DNA of 62,944 nucleotides, filler included, from Rhabdomonas costata (Eukaryota), in assembly GCA_019059605.1 (NCBI GenBank). It is 33 parts of 33 records of this genome, joined end to end, with 100 filler letters (N's around TTAATTAATTAA, not from the genome) between each part and the next. Parts side by side here need not be neighbours in the genome. Positions count along the whole stretch, not along the records: positions 24,843 to 26,653 come from JAHMHO010008728.1; positions 26,754 to 28,564 come from JAHMHO010008729.1; positions 28,665 to 30,480 come from JAHMHO010008730.1; positions 30,581 to 32,390 come from JAHMHO010008731.1; positions 32,491 to 34,301 come from JAHMHO010008732.1; positions 34,402 to 36,211 come from JAHMHO010008733.1; positions 36,312 to 38,121 come from JAHMHO010008734.1; 26 more parts are not named here. One strand, written 5' to 3'. Both the position numbers and the translations under genes were made by a program. Positions 25,163-38,116 of the stretch are shown one piece after another; position 1 is the stretch's first letter; each line of letters opens with the position of its first letter. A model generated the notes under the pieces. It was not told where the DNA came from and made no database searches. It saw nothing but the letters and a program-made list of their open reading frames with translations.

Positions 25163-27144
25163 TGTAGAGGAAGCGGCGGGGGAAACAATGCTGCGAAAGT
25201 CAGTAAGTACGTGACGAAACTGCTATTCATGGAGCTGGAGAAGCGTGCTATCTTTTCGATTATCCGGAAATGAAGGGTGAAGGTAAAAGGAATGACTGAA
25301 TGAGCTGCGGTTGGGTATGGTTAGGGAGTGACAGTGGACAGCCCTCGGAAACAATGATGTAGTCCACGGAGCTTCCGGATCGGAGAAACCGTCCACTCCC
25401 GCTGCGGAACACCGTTCACAACGTGATGGATCCCATACATGCCGAAGATGCAACGAGAGGGAAACACACTCCACAATACTCGCACATTGTGGGGGCTCGC
25501 CAAACCTAATCGAAGCAGTTCCCACAGCCCGATAACCCCCTCCTGTTACCTGAGACAATGAGTATTGGAGATATTGTTTACCACGGCACCAAAATGAGAC
25601 AGAGTGCGTGTCGGTGCCCGCCGGCGTGCGGCGTGCAGGATCGAAAAGGCTGCTCTGCGAGCTTTGCGGTGGTCCAAAGCTCGTCGCCCATGCTGATGAT
25701 TTTTGCGTGGTGCCACCCGTGGTACCCGGTGCGCTGGCACGAAATCCCACGGAAAATTTTCCCGTGCGTTCTGGCGTATCTTGTTGCACACGATTCATCG
25801 TTGCCCTGCTTTAGTTAACTCTACCGTCTATGGTCGTCATTGCCTCCCACCCCCGCCCTAAAAGACAGCCTCCAACTCCTCCTGCGGTCACCACTTCCAA
25901 CCGTCACCTACACAAGAGAACAAGTCCGTCCATGTGCCAGTTATGCTAATCGTTGACTTGTCAGGAGAGAAGAATGGGAAGCTACAAGAATCGTTAAACG
26001 ATGCCAAGCGCCACCGATTCGTTTTTCGAACGACTCAAAGCTGTTCTGTCAAGATATCTGCTGGCATCACCTCTCACCAAAACCACCAAAACAAAACCTG
26101 GACATCGGCAATCGTAATTAAAAGGTACAGCAAGTCCACGTCCAAAGCACTTTGCAGGACGCTGAGCACAAGCGTGGGGATGAGAGAAACCTTGGGGATA
26201 GTGAAAAAAGGGGCCATTTACTGTTCAAGGAAAATCTGGAGAAAACGGCGTGCCCGTTTGATTCCCTGGGAAGTGTTGCGGCAAAATCTAGCACAATCAT
26301 GTCCCTTCATTACGCGCTGTTTTACAAGGAGCGAATTTTGGGGACAAGGTCGGGGACCTGCAAATGCACCACTCGGATTACATCCAAACCAATCCCTGAA
26401 AGATATTAATGCCGCTTTAACGAAAACTTGCATTCCCCCTTTTAGCCCAGTGCTCTCACTGATAACCCACTGCACACCACAGCTCCTGCAGCTCATATAA
26501 GAATCATATATAACGATCACCACCCTGCTGCCTGCTGCTGCCCGAAAAATCGAATCACCCCACCCCACAAATACACAGCAGAGTGAAAACACCTTGCCAA
26601 ATGATTTGACGGCAGAAGAAAAAAGTGACCCGCCTGTGCAGCGCAAAAACCACNNNNNNNNNNNNNNNNNNNNNNNNNNNNNNNNNNNNNNNNNNNNTTA
26701 ATTAATTAANNNNNNNNNNNNNNNNNNNNNNNNNNNNNNNNNNNNNNNNNNNNGGGTTTTTTTTTATAGTGTCATGCCAACGGCCGTGTGTTTCTGCGAT
26801 CTGAATGTTTGGTTCTCAACGAACTCAGCACCTTTCAGCCGCGTTATCACATTTTCGTAAAGCGCATCATTTCATCTGCCCCTCCTCCCCGTATACCTTC
26901 CTAACTCAGTTGTACATTCAAAAACTTGTTACATCCCGAAACTTAAAGTGAGGAGTTTCGTACGGAAGTCCTTGGATCCAGAACGCCGATGACCTTCCGC
27001 ATCGTAATGCGTTTGTCATTCGCTTTGGCTTGGCCAGGGCTGAATTCATCGGTTTTGAGTTTTCGGTTTCTGTCAGTTTTTTGTTCACCAACTGCAACGG
27101 GAGTCCCTCCCCATATACGCATTGCGCCGTATCTTTGGATACAG

Positions 27145-27491
27145 ATTCTTTCCACCCGCTAAACCTTCTATTATGCCTGTTGTCCACGGTGAAGCTGGCT
27201 CGGCGACACGGCCCTCCTCTCGGGCGGTGCAAAGTCATTATGACTACATCTGCGCCGAGAAGCTCTACTACCTTACTGACATGCTCCTGTCTGCCTTCCT
27301 CCACATCCGCCCCGCCGACGCAGGGCGATACTTTGATCACTTTCACCACGTTCTAGAGACTGCCTTCCCAGAGTCCTACCGGCAGTGGAAGGATGCCATT
27401 CAGTTCCCCACCACCGCACGTGCCGCTGATGGGGAGGGGAGCCGGCCCTCATCGGGCAGCCTGGACCGGGATAGCACCTTGAGCTTCTCAG
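27145..27491 (+). CDS. Exon of an uncharacterised protein
   Basis: AG-bounded open GC3-rich frame (YDYICAEKLYYLTDMLLSAFLHIRP...) ending at a G|GTAAG donor; phase-compatible upstream donor at 27011. Confidence 0.55.
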
Positions 27492-28233
27492 GTAAGGGAA
27501 GCATGAGGCGCGGCTCCATTCTGCGAGTCTGCAATGAGGAATTCAAGCTGTGGACCTTCAACGGGATTTCAGTAGAGGACCAAAAACAAAAAAGCGCAAC
27601 CAAGGTTCTATGCGAGACGAAACGGTTTGATCGGTACACCTGTGGGGAAAAGAAGCTTTGCCTGCAGCGGGATGTCCCATGGGAGTGCCGCCTGACCCAT
27701 CTGTTCTTGGACAAGCTGGTATTTGCACTTCCTTCTTTGTGCAGGTGTCTCCACTCCAATTTTTGGGAGACATTAGCACTGTTTAGCCCGAGCCCCATTT
27801 CCCATGAAACCTCTGTACTTACCTGTTAATTACTGGTATTATTGTCGTGATATGTGAAGGAATGACTTGTGGACCACTCGACTCGAAGTTTAACCACCCC
27901 TCGTCCAGGGGCCTAGAAGGAAAAAGGGAGGCCTCTAGTATGTGCAATGCGGTGAGATTAGACCCTTTCTGGGATCATAGTTGCTTGCCCCCTTTCTGAC
28001 CCATGTTGAAAGGCATGGCTTTCGAGTTCTGTACCTAAATCCCACGTTCAGCCTAGGGCTCGTTGATACAATGCTTTCGATTCGAATGCTCACATCTTGT
28101 GCCTTCTGCATGCGACACGATGTGGCACCCCAGAAGAGAATAGCGTAAGCACCCCGAGCTAAAAATCATTTCATTGCAGAAACACATCTAAAACATGACA
28201 GGACAGCGTTATGTTTGTGTTTGTGTTTGTTGC

Positions 28234-28557
28234 GTTATACTTTAACCAGAAACCGTTCTCCAAAGGCGAAAAAAGTAACAGCATCGCCGCGGACAATTCC
28301 ATTTGGCTAACGGCAAAACGAATGATCGCAGGGAATCCAGAATGAGGCATTACAAAGCATAGAGCCCAGGATAAACATGAGAATGTCATCCATAGTATAT
28401 GATCGTGCGAACCTTACAGATAGCCTAGCCCCCCGGGCACGTGTAGAGACTTGTATCGTGATGAGCTTCTCAAGATTTTCACGGCCTCTGTTTGACAGTT
28501 TTCTCTAATCTGTGACTTTTTTCGCCTTTGGAGAACGGTTTCTGGTTAAAGTATAAC
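28234..28557. repeat. 43-bp perfect inverted repeat (28234-28276 / 28515-28557); MITE or amplification fold-back
   Basis: GTTATACTTTAACCAGAAACCGTTCTCCAAAGGCGAAAAAAGT and its exact reverse complement at the contig end. Confidence 0.9.
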
Positions 28558-30435
28558 ACACAACNNNNNNNNNNNNNNNNNNNNNNNNNNNNNNNNNNNN
28601 NNNNNNNNTTAATTAATTAANNNNNNNNNNNNNNNNNNNNNNNNNNNNNNNNNNNNNNNNNNNNGGGGGGTGGGGGCGGGGGATCATCATCTGTCGCCGG
28701 CACGCAGGAGCTCTTCAGGACCCCGGCCGCGGCGCCGCCTGCCTCGTGAAAGAAGGTTGCGTAGTGCCTGGTGCGCGCGGCCTCCATCCATGGGGCACGT
28801 GTGGAAGCGGACCCAACAACACGACCACCCCCTCACAAACAGAAGGTGCGCGCTCGACCAAGGAACAACAACAGAAGCCGACAGGCAGTTCTGAAGAAGA
28901 GGAAAGGGGAAAGGCGAACGGACAGCGTCATAAAATAAGGGTGCTTAACTTTTTTCCTGTTTTCTGTGGTGGGGGCTCTTTCATCTCATCCAAGTCGAAG
29001 GCGAAGAGCAAAAAGAAACAAACCTGACATGGTACGCAGCAACGTGTCACGGGCGGCCGGTTTCTGTCCCTGGACCTTTCTTTATTTCAGTTTACCTGCC
29101 TGCCTGCTGCCTGCCTGCGCGTTTGACTTCTTCTGTTGCCAAAGTGCATTTTCTGTCCTTGCCTTTCCTTGTCTTTGTTTTGCAAAATGTTAGGGAAGCT
29201 GCTAAATACCCATGCAAATAACATGCAGGGTAGCTCCACGGGGCCGGGCTCGCGCGGTCCTTAGGAGCCCGAAGAATTGGTCGTGCGCCCCCAGTGCAGG
29301 CAGGTGACTGCATCTCGAGGTTGGCTGTGGGGTGACTGGGAGAACCCGATTGTCGATTATCCGGACCTGAGTCTAAGGCACTGCAAAGTCAGTTTGACCC
29401 ATCTGAGCCTTTCTTTTTTTTTACTGAGGATGAGACAGGATCCACAACAATCATTCTTTTGCACAGGTGATGGCTGACAGGGCCACAATCCATCACCACA
29501 TGAATGAAACGTGCTCCAAGTCGAAAAAATTACACAGCGAAGGTTTTTGGAAAGTTTTTGGAGGAGAGCGCGAAAACAACAATACCTGGAACGTACTATA
29601 GTACACGGAACAAACGTCACCACAGCAACCACACCATGTCAAGGAATGATGCAGTTGTGAGCGAAAAGAATATGCAGGAGGTTTCTGGATGGCCCGACAA
29701 GCGAAGGCGGGCCGCTACGAGCCGACCTCCTTTCGACAGATGGGGCAGTTCCCGTTTTGGTCGAACCACTTTCCAATGCACTCCGAGCTGAAAGTTCAGA
29801 GAAACCAAAGGGATGCAAGGAGAGAGAAAACGGTGGTCAGCCAGTTGATCCCCTCCAGTTCCAGCACTCAAAAAGTTGTGCGAACAGGCGAAGGAACGCT
29901 GTTGTCGCTCGTTCGTCGAGGAAGTTCTTGCGGCTGCTGCTTGGTTTGGTAGCAGCGGCGGTCATCAAACATTCCGTCTCAGACAGAATTGTGCACGTAG
30001 GCCGAGTGTGTGACACTCAAAGTGAAGTTTCAAGTCCAAAAGTGAAAAGATGCTGGCAGGAAGCAGGAAGCCACAGCAGCACAATTTTCATACTGGTAGC
30101 TGTGCTTACAGGGAAGGGTCGTAACTTCAACGCCAGCACGGTACTTATCCTGGCAGATCTGTGCAAACATCACATGCCGTAGCGGTGAAGAGCCGTGTGA
30201 TGGCGATGAACGATTTCAAACCTTGAGAAGGCACAAGAAAAAGAAAACACAACAAAACTAGTATAGGAAACTACAATTCCTTGCTATCTCTCAGGCTGAA
30301 CTTTCCTAACAAATCAACCTAGTCCCATCCAGATCAGGAGAACGTTCAAAGAGACCCGATACACAATAAACACGGGAACCTGGGAACGCACGCACGTACG
30401 CATGGACGCACACATACACATGGCGCGCATGGGCG

Positions 30436-30443
<8 letters not shown>

Positions 30444-30476
<33 letters not shown>
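30444..30476. repeat. (CA)n microsatellite at contig end
   Basis: About 16 AC units. Confidence 0.95.
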
Positions 30477-30478
<2 letters not shown>

Positions 30479-30754
30479 ACNNNNNNNNNNNNNNNNNNNN
30501 NNNNNNNNNNNNNNNNNNNNNNNNTTAATTAATTAANNNNNNNNNNNNNNNNNNNNNNNNNNNNNNNNNNNNNNNNNNNNAGCCTTGTGGGTTAAGCCCT
30601 GTCCGAGTTGAAAAAATAAAAAGAGAGTGAATGAAGTGAATATCACATTTTTTTAATATAGCAACAGCGCAACATCATCATCACCGAAATATGAAAAAAC
30701 ATTCAAGGCTTGGAATCTAATACAAGGGAGGAAAGCAACGGAGACTCGGAAGAC

Positions 30755-32341
30755 CCTCAACCTGCCTCCAGCGGAACGGCCACTGCAATCGTTCTGCAGC
30801 CTCTGCAAGAATTTCCCACAAAACAGCGGAGTGCCGTCGTGGATGGAGAGTGCCCAGTTTTGAAAGAGGAGCACGACGCACTTCACAGCTGTTCCCTGGC
30901 TGGGATCCTCAATTTGCAGGAAAGAGGAGATGTACCCCCGCCTGCACAAACAAAAAGCCAGGTGAAATGACACAGGTGGCACCCGAGCATCGTTACACTG
31001 TGCATCAGTGAAACGCATTTCGCCTTTCACCTAAGCAGCGCTATTCACACTGAACAGAGAACGCCCGTCGTGAGAAGTGGAAATGCGTTCGGGAAAAATT
31101 AACGGGAGTCCGCGTCCTTTCTTCTTGAAACAGACGGGGGACACCCAAATTTAACGTCAAATTTCAGAGTTCCAAGTTCAATGCAACCCTGCCTGGGAAC
31201 GAGCGAAGGTTCATCCATGCACAGCGAATGAAGGGGCGGCAAACGCGAGTCCTTCTGAGATAATATTGCATGAGATAGTAACATCTCTATAGGGCAGGAT
31301 CGAGACAGAGACGTCTCGATCCAGTCGAACAGTTAAAGTAAATCACGCCACACACACCTCTCGAAGACGCCAAGCTTTTCGATGTCGAAGCCCTGCTCTG
31401 TAATGTCCTCAACAGTCAACGGGTGCAGCCCAAATAGCTTTCCCAACTTCAAAATATCCTGCACAGCAACACGACCAGCAGGCTAGTTTCCCCGCAAGAT
31501 GAAACACTGTTGGGGAAAATGGCGGAAACGACAGCACCTCTCCAGAGGGAGAAGTCAGGTCAGCCCAGAAGTACCTTCTCAGGTCATTCGGTTCAAGGGC
31601 GCCCTAGGGAAAGCACAAAAAACAAACAGGATGGCTAAGATGGGAATTCAAGGGATGCGCATGTGTGTTGAGTGAAGAGATGGAAAAAAGAACAGAAATG
31701 CAAGGGCACGTTTGCTCTTGCTGCACACAGAAAAAACACCTTGCCTCATGAGCTGCCGTTGAATCAGAACACAGTTCTCACAAAGTTTTAATCACAATTT
31801 CGTGTGAGGTAATAACAAGAATAATTACCAGCCTGTTTCCGATATCTTCTTTTGTGGTACCACAAAACACGTTCACTCCCACGGCCTCTGTGCTAAGCTT
31901 GCTAATTGGCCCCACTTTTTTTTATAGCAACACTGCAAAAAGTTTTAGGATTTGTATAGGGGTGATACAACATTATTTTCAAAAAGGAAAAAATCTTAGA
32001 GGACTGCTTTGCACATTTTCGGCGTTGCTATAAAAATCATTGCGAACGATTTTTGGCAGTGTGTCAAGGCTATAGAGTAGGGTCCGGCCTGCTAACAAAC
32101 CAAGCCCACAAAAGTGCACCTGTGTGGCCGCAGGAGCACAGCGTCGAAAGTGAGATAGGCCACTCTGCAGGCTAGCAAAGTCCCCAAATGCATAGGTACA
32201 AAATTTCAGTTCAGAGGGACTGACTTCAACCAGTCGGAAGGGAGCTTCGAAGAGCCTCTCAAAACCACTGGGAGTGGGGCAAACTGTACATTCACTGCCT
32301 GGAAGAGGGTCAGACGCAGGTGGATCAAGAGATGAAGGCAT
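30755..32341 (-). CDS. CorA/ALR/Mnr2-family Mg2+ transporter fragment; exons ~32341-32120, 31603-31538, 31458-31358, 30941-30755
   Basis: Spliced RYFWADLTSPSGE|DILKLGKLFGLHPLTVEDITEQGFDIEKLGVFER|RGYI...VVLLFQNWALSIH; FGLHPLTxEDI is the CorA-family signature; GT-AG introns in phase. Confidence 0.88.
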
Positions 32342-34411
32342 GACAAGAGTAAAAGGGGGGGGAGGGGGTGAAAAAAATTGGGAATAACACNNNNNNNNNN
32401 NNNNNNNNNNNNNNNNNNNNNNNNNNNNNNNNNNTTAATTAATTAANNNNNNNNNNNNNNNNNNNNNNNNNNNNNNNNNNNNNNNNNNNNGTGGTGGGTG
32501 ACGTGCGGTCTCTTGTGGTCGGTCCCATTCGGGAGTGTGGAGGAAACAAGTGGTTCTGCCCCTCCCCATTTTCCGGAGGGGAGGGCGCATTACAAAGGTA
32601 ACCCACAAAAAGGTAGGTGGAGTGGGTCAGTCCCATCTCAAAGCACCCCAAATAGGCTGAAACCAAGAGTGGAGCGAAAAACCTTGGTCGCGGAGTGTTC
32701 TTATAACGGGCTCAGCAGCGGGTGTCTGGCGCTGAAGCAAGGGTCGGCCCTCTCCAGGCCTACCAATCACAAGCTTCTCATCGCCATCATCTTATAGGAA
32801 GACCTGACCACCTCCGTCACCCGCAACGTGGCGAAGGTCAGGCCCCACGTTAGACACAGTAACAGTCAGCTGAGGCTCCTTCGCAGCTGAGGGAAGGCCC
32901 ACCAGGGGACCACTGTCTTCGTCGGAGGGAAGAAAAGTCAGCTCTCCAGCCAAAATTTGGGGAAACTTTTGGGGATGCTTTTCGAACGTCTGCGAAAAAC
33001 ACACACACTATCACCCTGGACAAAAGCTTCGAGACGGCCAGAAGAGAAGAGATTTTAACACGCCAATGCAGTCTCCAGAGTGAGTTTCTCGCCCTGAAAC
33101 ATGTGTTGTTTCTGTAATTCCCGCAAAGCAGTCTCCTCATTGTTTGGCGCCCGTTGAGTGGTGGTGGGCGCACAGCTGGAGGTCCGGCAGGCTTCGCAGC
33201 TGCAACGCCCATGCTGGTCACACAGCGCCACTACTAGTCGAGTGCCCAGGCGGGGCCGCTTCTCCACGGTGAGCAGGAAAATGCTGGGGGCGTAGAAATT
33301 CGAGTTGACAGCTCTGCCGCAGGGTAGGGCTGCGGGATGTCAATGGGGGTGCCAATGGTTCAGGCGAATAGCAACTAATCGCACAAAGTTCGATGAAGAA
33401 GAAAAGGAGAAGGGGTGTCAACACACCTTTTCTCAGAAACTTCTGTTTGCTTTCTGTAGCTCTGTACACAACCATACCAGGATGGGAAATCCGCACTACT
33501 CAAGCCGCAGGTGTACACCCCGGCCACCATGAAGGAGAGAGGACATTAAAGGTCTTCCAAAGAATCGGGGCACCAACGAGTGGACAAAGGCTGACGTGCG
33601 CGCCTGTACGCACTGGTAGAGAACAACGGGGACAATGGTAGGGCGGAACAAAGACGAATAGGTTTTTGCTTTATACGCAGTTGAATGACCTGAAAAATCT
33701 ATTTTTTTTACTCCGTTCTCGTTCAACGGCAGTTTCAAATTCAAGCAGCGATAGTTAACCCACCCCGCTGATGTGTTTTTTCGGGGGATCTCTCTTTTGG
33801 CGAGTCCTTTCCCCATTTTCCTCCTTATGGACCGCTTCTCACTTGGGACTACCAGAGATTGCTGCAGCGCACATCCGTGTTGGTGTAAAGCCATACTTCT
33901 CTTCCTTGCTGTTTGGTTCTGCACTACCAGCCTCAGCAGTACGTCACTGAGGGAGGGAAATTGCATTGTCTAAGTGTGCTGTCGCATGCGGCTATTTCCT
34001 TTGTGGGCTTGCAGAGGTAGATTGAGCAATTGAGTGCTGTAGTTTGGCCTTTCAGGAGGTTTCCGATTTGCAATAAAAAGAGTACATTTATCTGCCATTG
34101 TTTGCGTGGCGATAAGTGTTGCAGATGCAGGTGCCGACGAGGGGTACGGAAAGGAGGGCAACGGAGAAGGCCGCCCCAAAGGGAGGGTGAGGAAGTTTTC
34201 AGGTGCACGAGCTGAAGGGCAACGGTGTAGGGGGTTCAGTGCGGCAAATGCATCCCCCCGGTGAGGTTTTGGCCCTTTCGGAAGAGATCACCACTGCCGC
34301 GNNNNNNNNNNNNNNNNNNNNNNNNNNNNNNNNNNNNNNNNNNNNTTAATTAATTAANNNNNNNNNNNNNNNNNNNNNNNNNNNNNNNNNNNNNNNNNNN
34401 NGGGTGGGGTG

Positions 34412-36206
34412 TTAGTACGCTGGGGTGGCGACGACGGGCTGGTAGTAGGTCGGGGCGGTAGCCACGACCTGAGGCTGGTACACCACCGCGGGCTGGGACT
34501 GGTACACAGCAGGCTGGGACTGGTACACCGCGGGCTGGGGCTGGTAGGCCACCACGGAGGAGGAGTAGGCCGGGGCTGCGTATGTGGTGGCGTAGCCCGA
34601 GGCGGTGTAGGTGGCGGCCTGCTGGGGCACGGTGTAGGCCTGGGCGTATTCGACGGCCGGGGCAGTGGGCTGCACGCCGGGCTGCACAAGAAAGCCAGCC
34701 GGAAGAGACGGAAATCCTTGCAGCTTGGTGTAGTCGAGGACGAGGAAAAGAAGAAGGGGTGAAGAATACGATGCGATACCAGAACAGGTTCGCTTCAAGA
34801 AGGGAGGAAAGTCGGAAGGAATATCCGAAGCAAGGGTTTCGGTCACACCTCTGCCTGACACCTCTTCCATGGAAGAGGTGTCAGGCAGAAAAGCAGGGTA
34901 AAGTGCTGCTTGTTGGGGCTCTTCCCGTCTCCTTATCACAACAGAAACAGGAATTCGTCCGAACCGCAACGCTCCGGGTGGCTCTGCTAAAGGGATGCAA
35001 TCAATCTTTTCCAACCACCCAACCGCCCTTCACTACCACTTTGAGAGGCAGCTGCACGATCAAACACCTTTCCGATGGACTGAGAAAAGCAGTACTATCC
35101 ATCATACTTGCAGGCTACAAGATAGAAAGCGAACCTGGGCCCCTCCGCGGATCCGTGCCTCGTACGCCTGCAGATGCTGCAGGTGGTTCGGGATGGGCTG
35201 CACGCCAGGCCGAGTGGCCTGAACCTGGCGCAGCGCCTCGCTAGCACTCACCCCGGTGGTCTTCACGAGGTACGCGCTGGCAATGCTGGGGCCGCGGCTG
35301 ACCCCAACGTTGCAGTACACTAGCACGGTGCCGCCCTGGGCCAGCGAGGACTCAATGAACCCCACGGGGCCCTCCAGGTCGAGCGTCTCCGTCATGGGGT
35401 TCCCAAGGTTGGGGTTGAAGTACACCAGATCCCCTGAGCACACGGCAGAGCGTTTGCAGATCCCATATGCATGTTTGTAGGGCTGTCACAAGAAGTTGCC
35501 CGCTTTTCCCAAAGTGGCCCAGAGGACCAATCGACGGGTGTGACGACACATGTGCAACTGCTCACGGCACACTCGGAATGACTTTTGTCTTGACCGAACG
35601 GTCTTAGCTCAGTTAAGCTGGCAATGATATGGCTAATGGTATGGGTTCAAGTTTCTCAGTCCGTAGAACACTATGGCTGGTGAGGCAACATCATCGTACA
35701 TATGAACGCCAGTGCACTTATGGCCCCACCCCCTTATCAAGTGCATTTATGCCGACATATGATATATGAATTCAGATCCTCCATCCATCTGTATCGCTGT
35801 AGAGGCAGAGCAGTGCATCTCTGTGCGGGTAGTGGTAAGCCAGTGCACCACGGGTCATGCGAAAGATTCCTTGGCGTGCACACCTCAGTCAAGAATAACT
35901 AAAAACCAAATACCGGGTCTCCGGGAATTTTGATTGGAAGGAAGGAATGCATACACGGGATCAAAAGGTTCACCACACCTAAAAGTTGAGAAAAGATGCA
36001 CTCTGTGACAAGGATGTGCAAACAGCGTTTTGGGAAAACGCGGTTGAGAATTCTGTGGGCAAACCTGGGAACAGGTTGGGGGTGTCATTGGAGGCGTTCA
36101 CAGCATGGGTGATGCCGTGGCTCTTGATGAGCGGCAGGGAGGTCGCCGCGCCCTTGTCCGCCAGGTAAATCTTCCCAGGGATCAGAGGAGTGATGATAGA
36201 GCCCAC
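34412..36206 (-). CDS. Atypical dual-specificity phosphatase with C-terminal Tyr/Gln/Pro/Ala/Val repeat tail; exons ~36206-36065, 35433-35135, 34681-34412
   Basis: IPGKIYLAD...HGITHAVNAS...|...GGTVLVYCNVGVSRGPSIASAYL...EALRQVQATRP (CX5R loop and AYLM-like motif); in-phase GT-AG junction to PGVQPTAPAVEY...PAY-TAA. Confidence 0.88.
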
Positions 36207-37854
36207 ACCCCNNNNNNNNNNNNNNNNNNNNNNNNNNNNNNNNNNNNNNNNNNNNTTAATTAATTAANNNNNNNNNNNNNNNNNNNNNNNNNNNNNNNNN
36301 NNNNNNNNNNNTGTTGGTTGTGCCCCTCTTTTTGGAAGTCTCCACTGTATGGATGTTTTGTGCAGCCAGCAGCGAGCAACGAGTGGGAAAATGAGGTTTT
36401 AGTAAATTTGTGAATGTCGCAGCTGGTTAGGTTGGTGTATTGTGTTCAGGTTTAGTGAGCTGTTTGCTTTTCTTCTTCGATTGACTGCATGTTACTAAGT
36501 CACGAGTGCCCTCTATACTTCTTTTATTTTGCAGCTCTACCAACATGGTAAGGTACAGCGGGATCCCCGTTCTCGTCATTGCGGTTATGCTTCTGCTGGT
36601 CTCCAACCGGGGCAAGTCGAGGAACGAGAGGCAGCCTCTGCTCCGCACCCTGGCTCGCCTGGTGCCACTCTCCCATTTTCCTCCCATGTTCCCACCCTGC
36701 GTTTCTCCATCGCTGCTGTCCCGCCAGTGTTCGGCTTCTGGGCAGTTCTTCACTTTCACTCTCGATCCGATTCCCCCCATTTCTCCACGGAAATCGGATT
36801 ACTGCTCACTGCGCTGCCACTTTTTTCTTAACTGCCTTACCCGGCCCCCTCCCCAACCCGACAGCGGAATTCTCTTCTCTCTCCTCTATATTCGGAATGT
36901 GTGTTTATGTGAACCAAGGGAGAGGGGGAGGTTAGCATATGCACTGCAGCGATCCAGCGGCTTGGCAGTGACACGTGGTAAACAGCATGGTTGTTGTTGT
37001 GGTGGTGTTCTGCGCTCCTTGGTGGGAATGGGGGTGGGGGGCTCGAAACTCATTTGATTGCAATGCAATTGCACCCGTAGGTGAACACCCTTGATAGTGA
37101 TAGACTTGATTCCACCCACAGGCGCTGTATTGGGGCACTTTTCTGATGTCCTGGGCCTACACCGACCTTTTTGAGCTCCTGCAGCCCAAAACTGACCTGG
37201 CGACGGCATACAGCGGTGGAGTGCCCAGCTTCGCATGGCTGTAACGGCTAAGGGCTTCCCAATGGGTGAAGCCCGCCTCAGAGGCGTGGAAATGGGAGGG
37301 GAAGAAATGAGGGTGGAGGAGGGGAGGGTATGGGGTTCCCAGCGAAAAGCGCTTCCTGCTACAAGGGGCGCGTGTGCTTTGCAAGTGTTGTATTGTGAGC
37401 TTTCATGTCTACGTAGTTGGCTTGCGCAGGTGGCTCGCAGTCCCCGGTTGTTTCCAACCGCCGCCGGTTTCTGGCATTTTTGAGCTGCTTTCGTGCGCGT
37501 CCCGTGCCTCGTGCTTCGGATGGGTTTCGATGGAATACTGGTGGGGATGGCAACGATTTTGCACGGCCCGCACCTTGTATCTGACTTGCCATGGACTGAG
37601 GACTTAATTTTACGCACTCAGAAATGGTCCATACGCGTCGCATCATATCGCCAGCTTTTCCAACTTTTCCAACAGCCGCAGCTTTACAGGAACTTCAAAG
37701 GAAAACTCACTTGAACCCCCTCCAAATAGGAGTTTTTTGTGGCTCTTGTGTCACGCTTGAACTCCAAGCCAGATGTAAAACATACTCTCGGTTTCCCTGG
37801 CCTGAAGCTCTTGATGGTGGGGCGCAAACCGTGTCCGTGTCGGTGCAAGTGTGA

Positions 37855-38116
37855 GGGCCATTATATTATTCACTATCAGTCTGTCAGTCCAACAGGCGCC
37901 CGGAATGCACATGTACATGCACAAACATGGAGATACGATACGGAGGAAATGCTGTGAGGTCTCGCTTCTGCTGTTACCTCCCTGCTGAACTTAACTCGTA
38001 GCTTCTAAACTTCTCTTTAACTACTCACACTCCATCTCACCTGCACCCACCCCACAGAGCACGTGACTTCAGCGCCTGTTGGACTGACAGACTGATAGTG
38101 AATAATATAATGGCCC
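37855..38116. repeat. 45-bp perfect inverted repeat (37855-37899 / 38072-38116); MITE or amplification fold-back
   Basis: GGGCCATTATATTATTCACTATCAGTCTGTCAGTCCAACAGGCGC and its exact reverse complement at the contig end. Confidence 0.9.

Noticed and set aside
34409-35244. Plus-strand Gly/Val/His-rich ORFs and other long antisense ORFs
   Set aside because: Shadows of GC-rich minus-strand exons of the DSP gene
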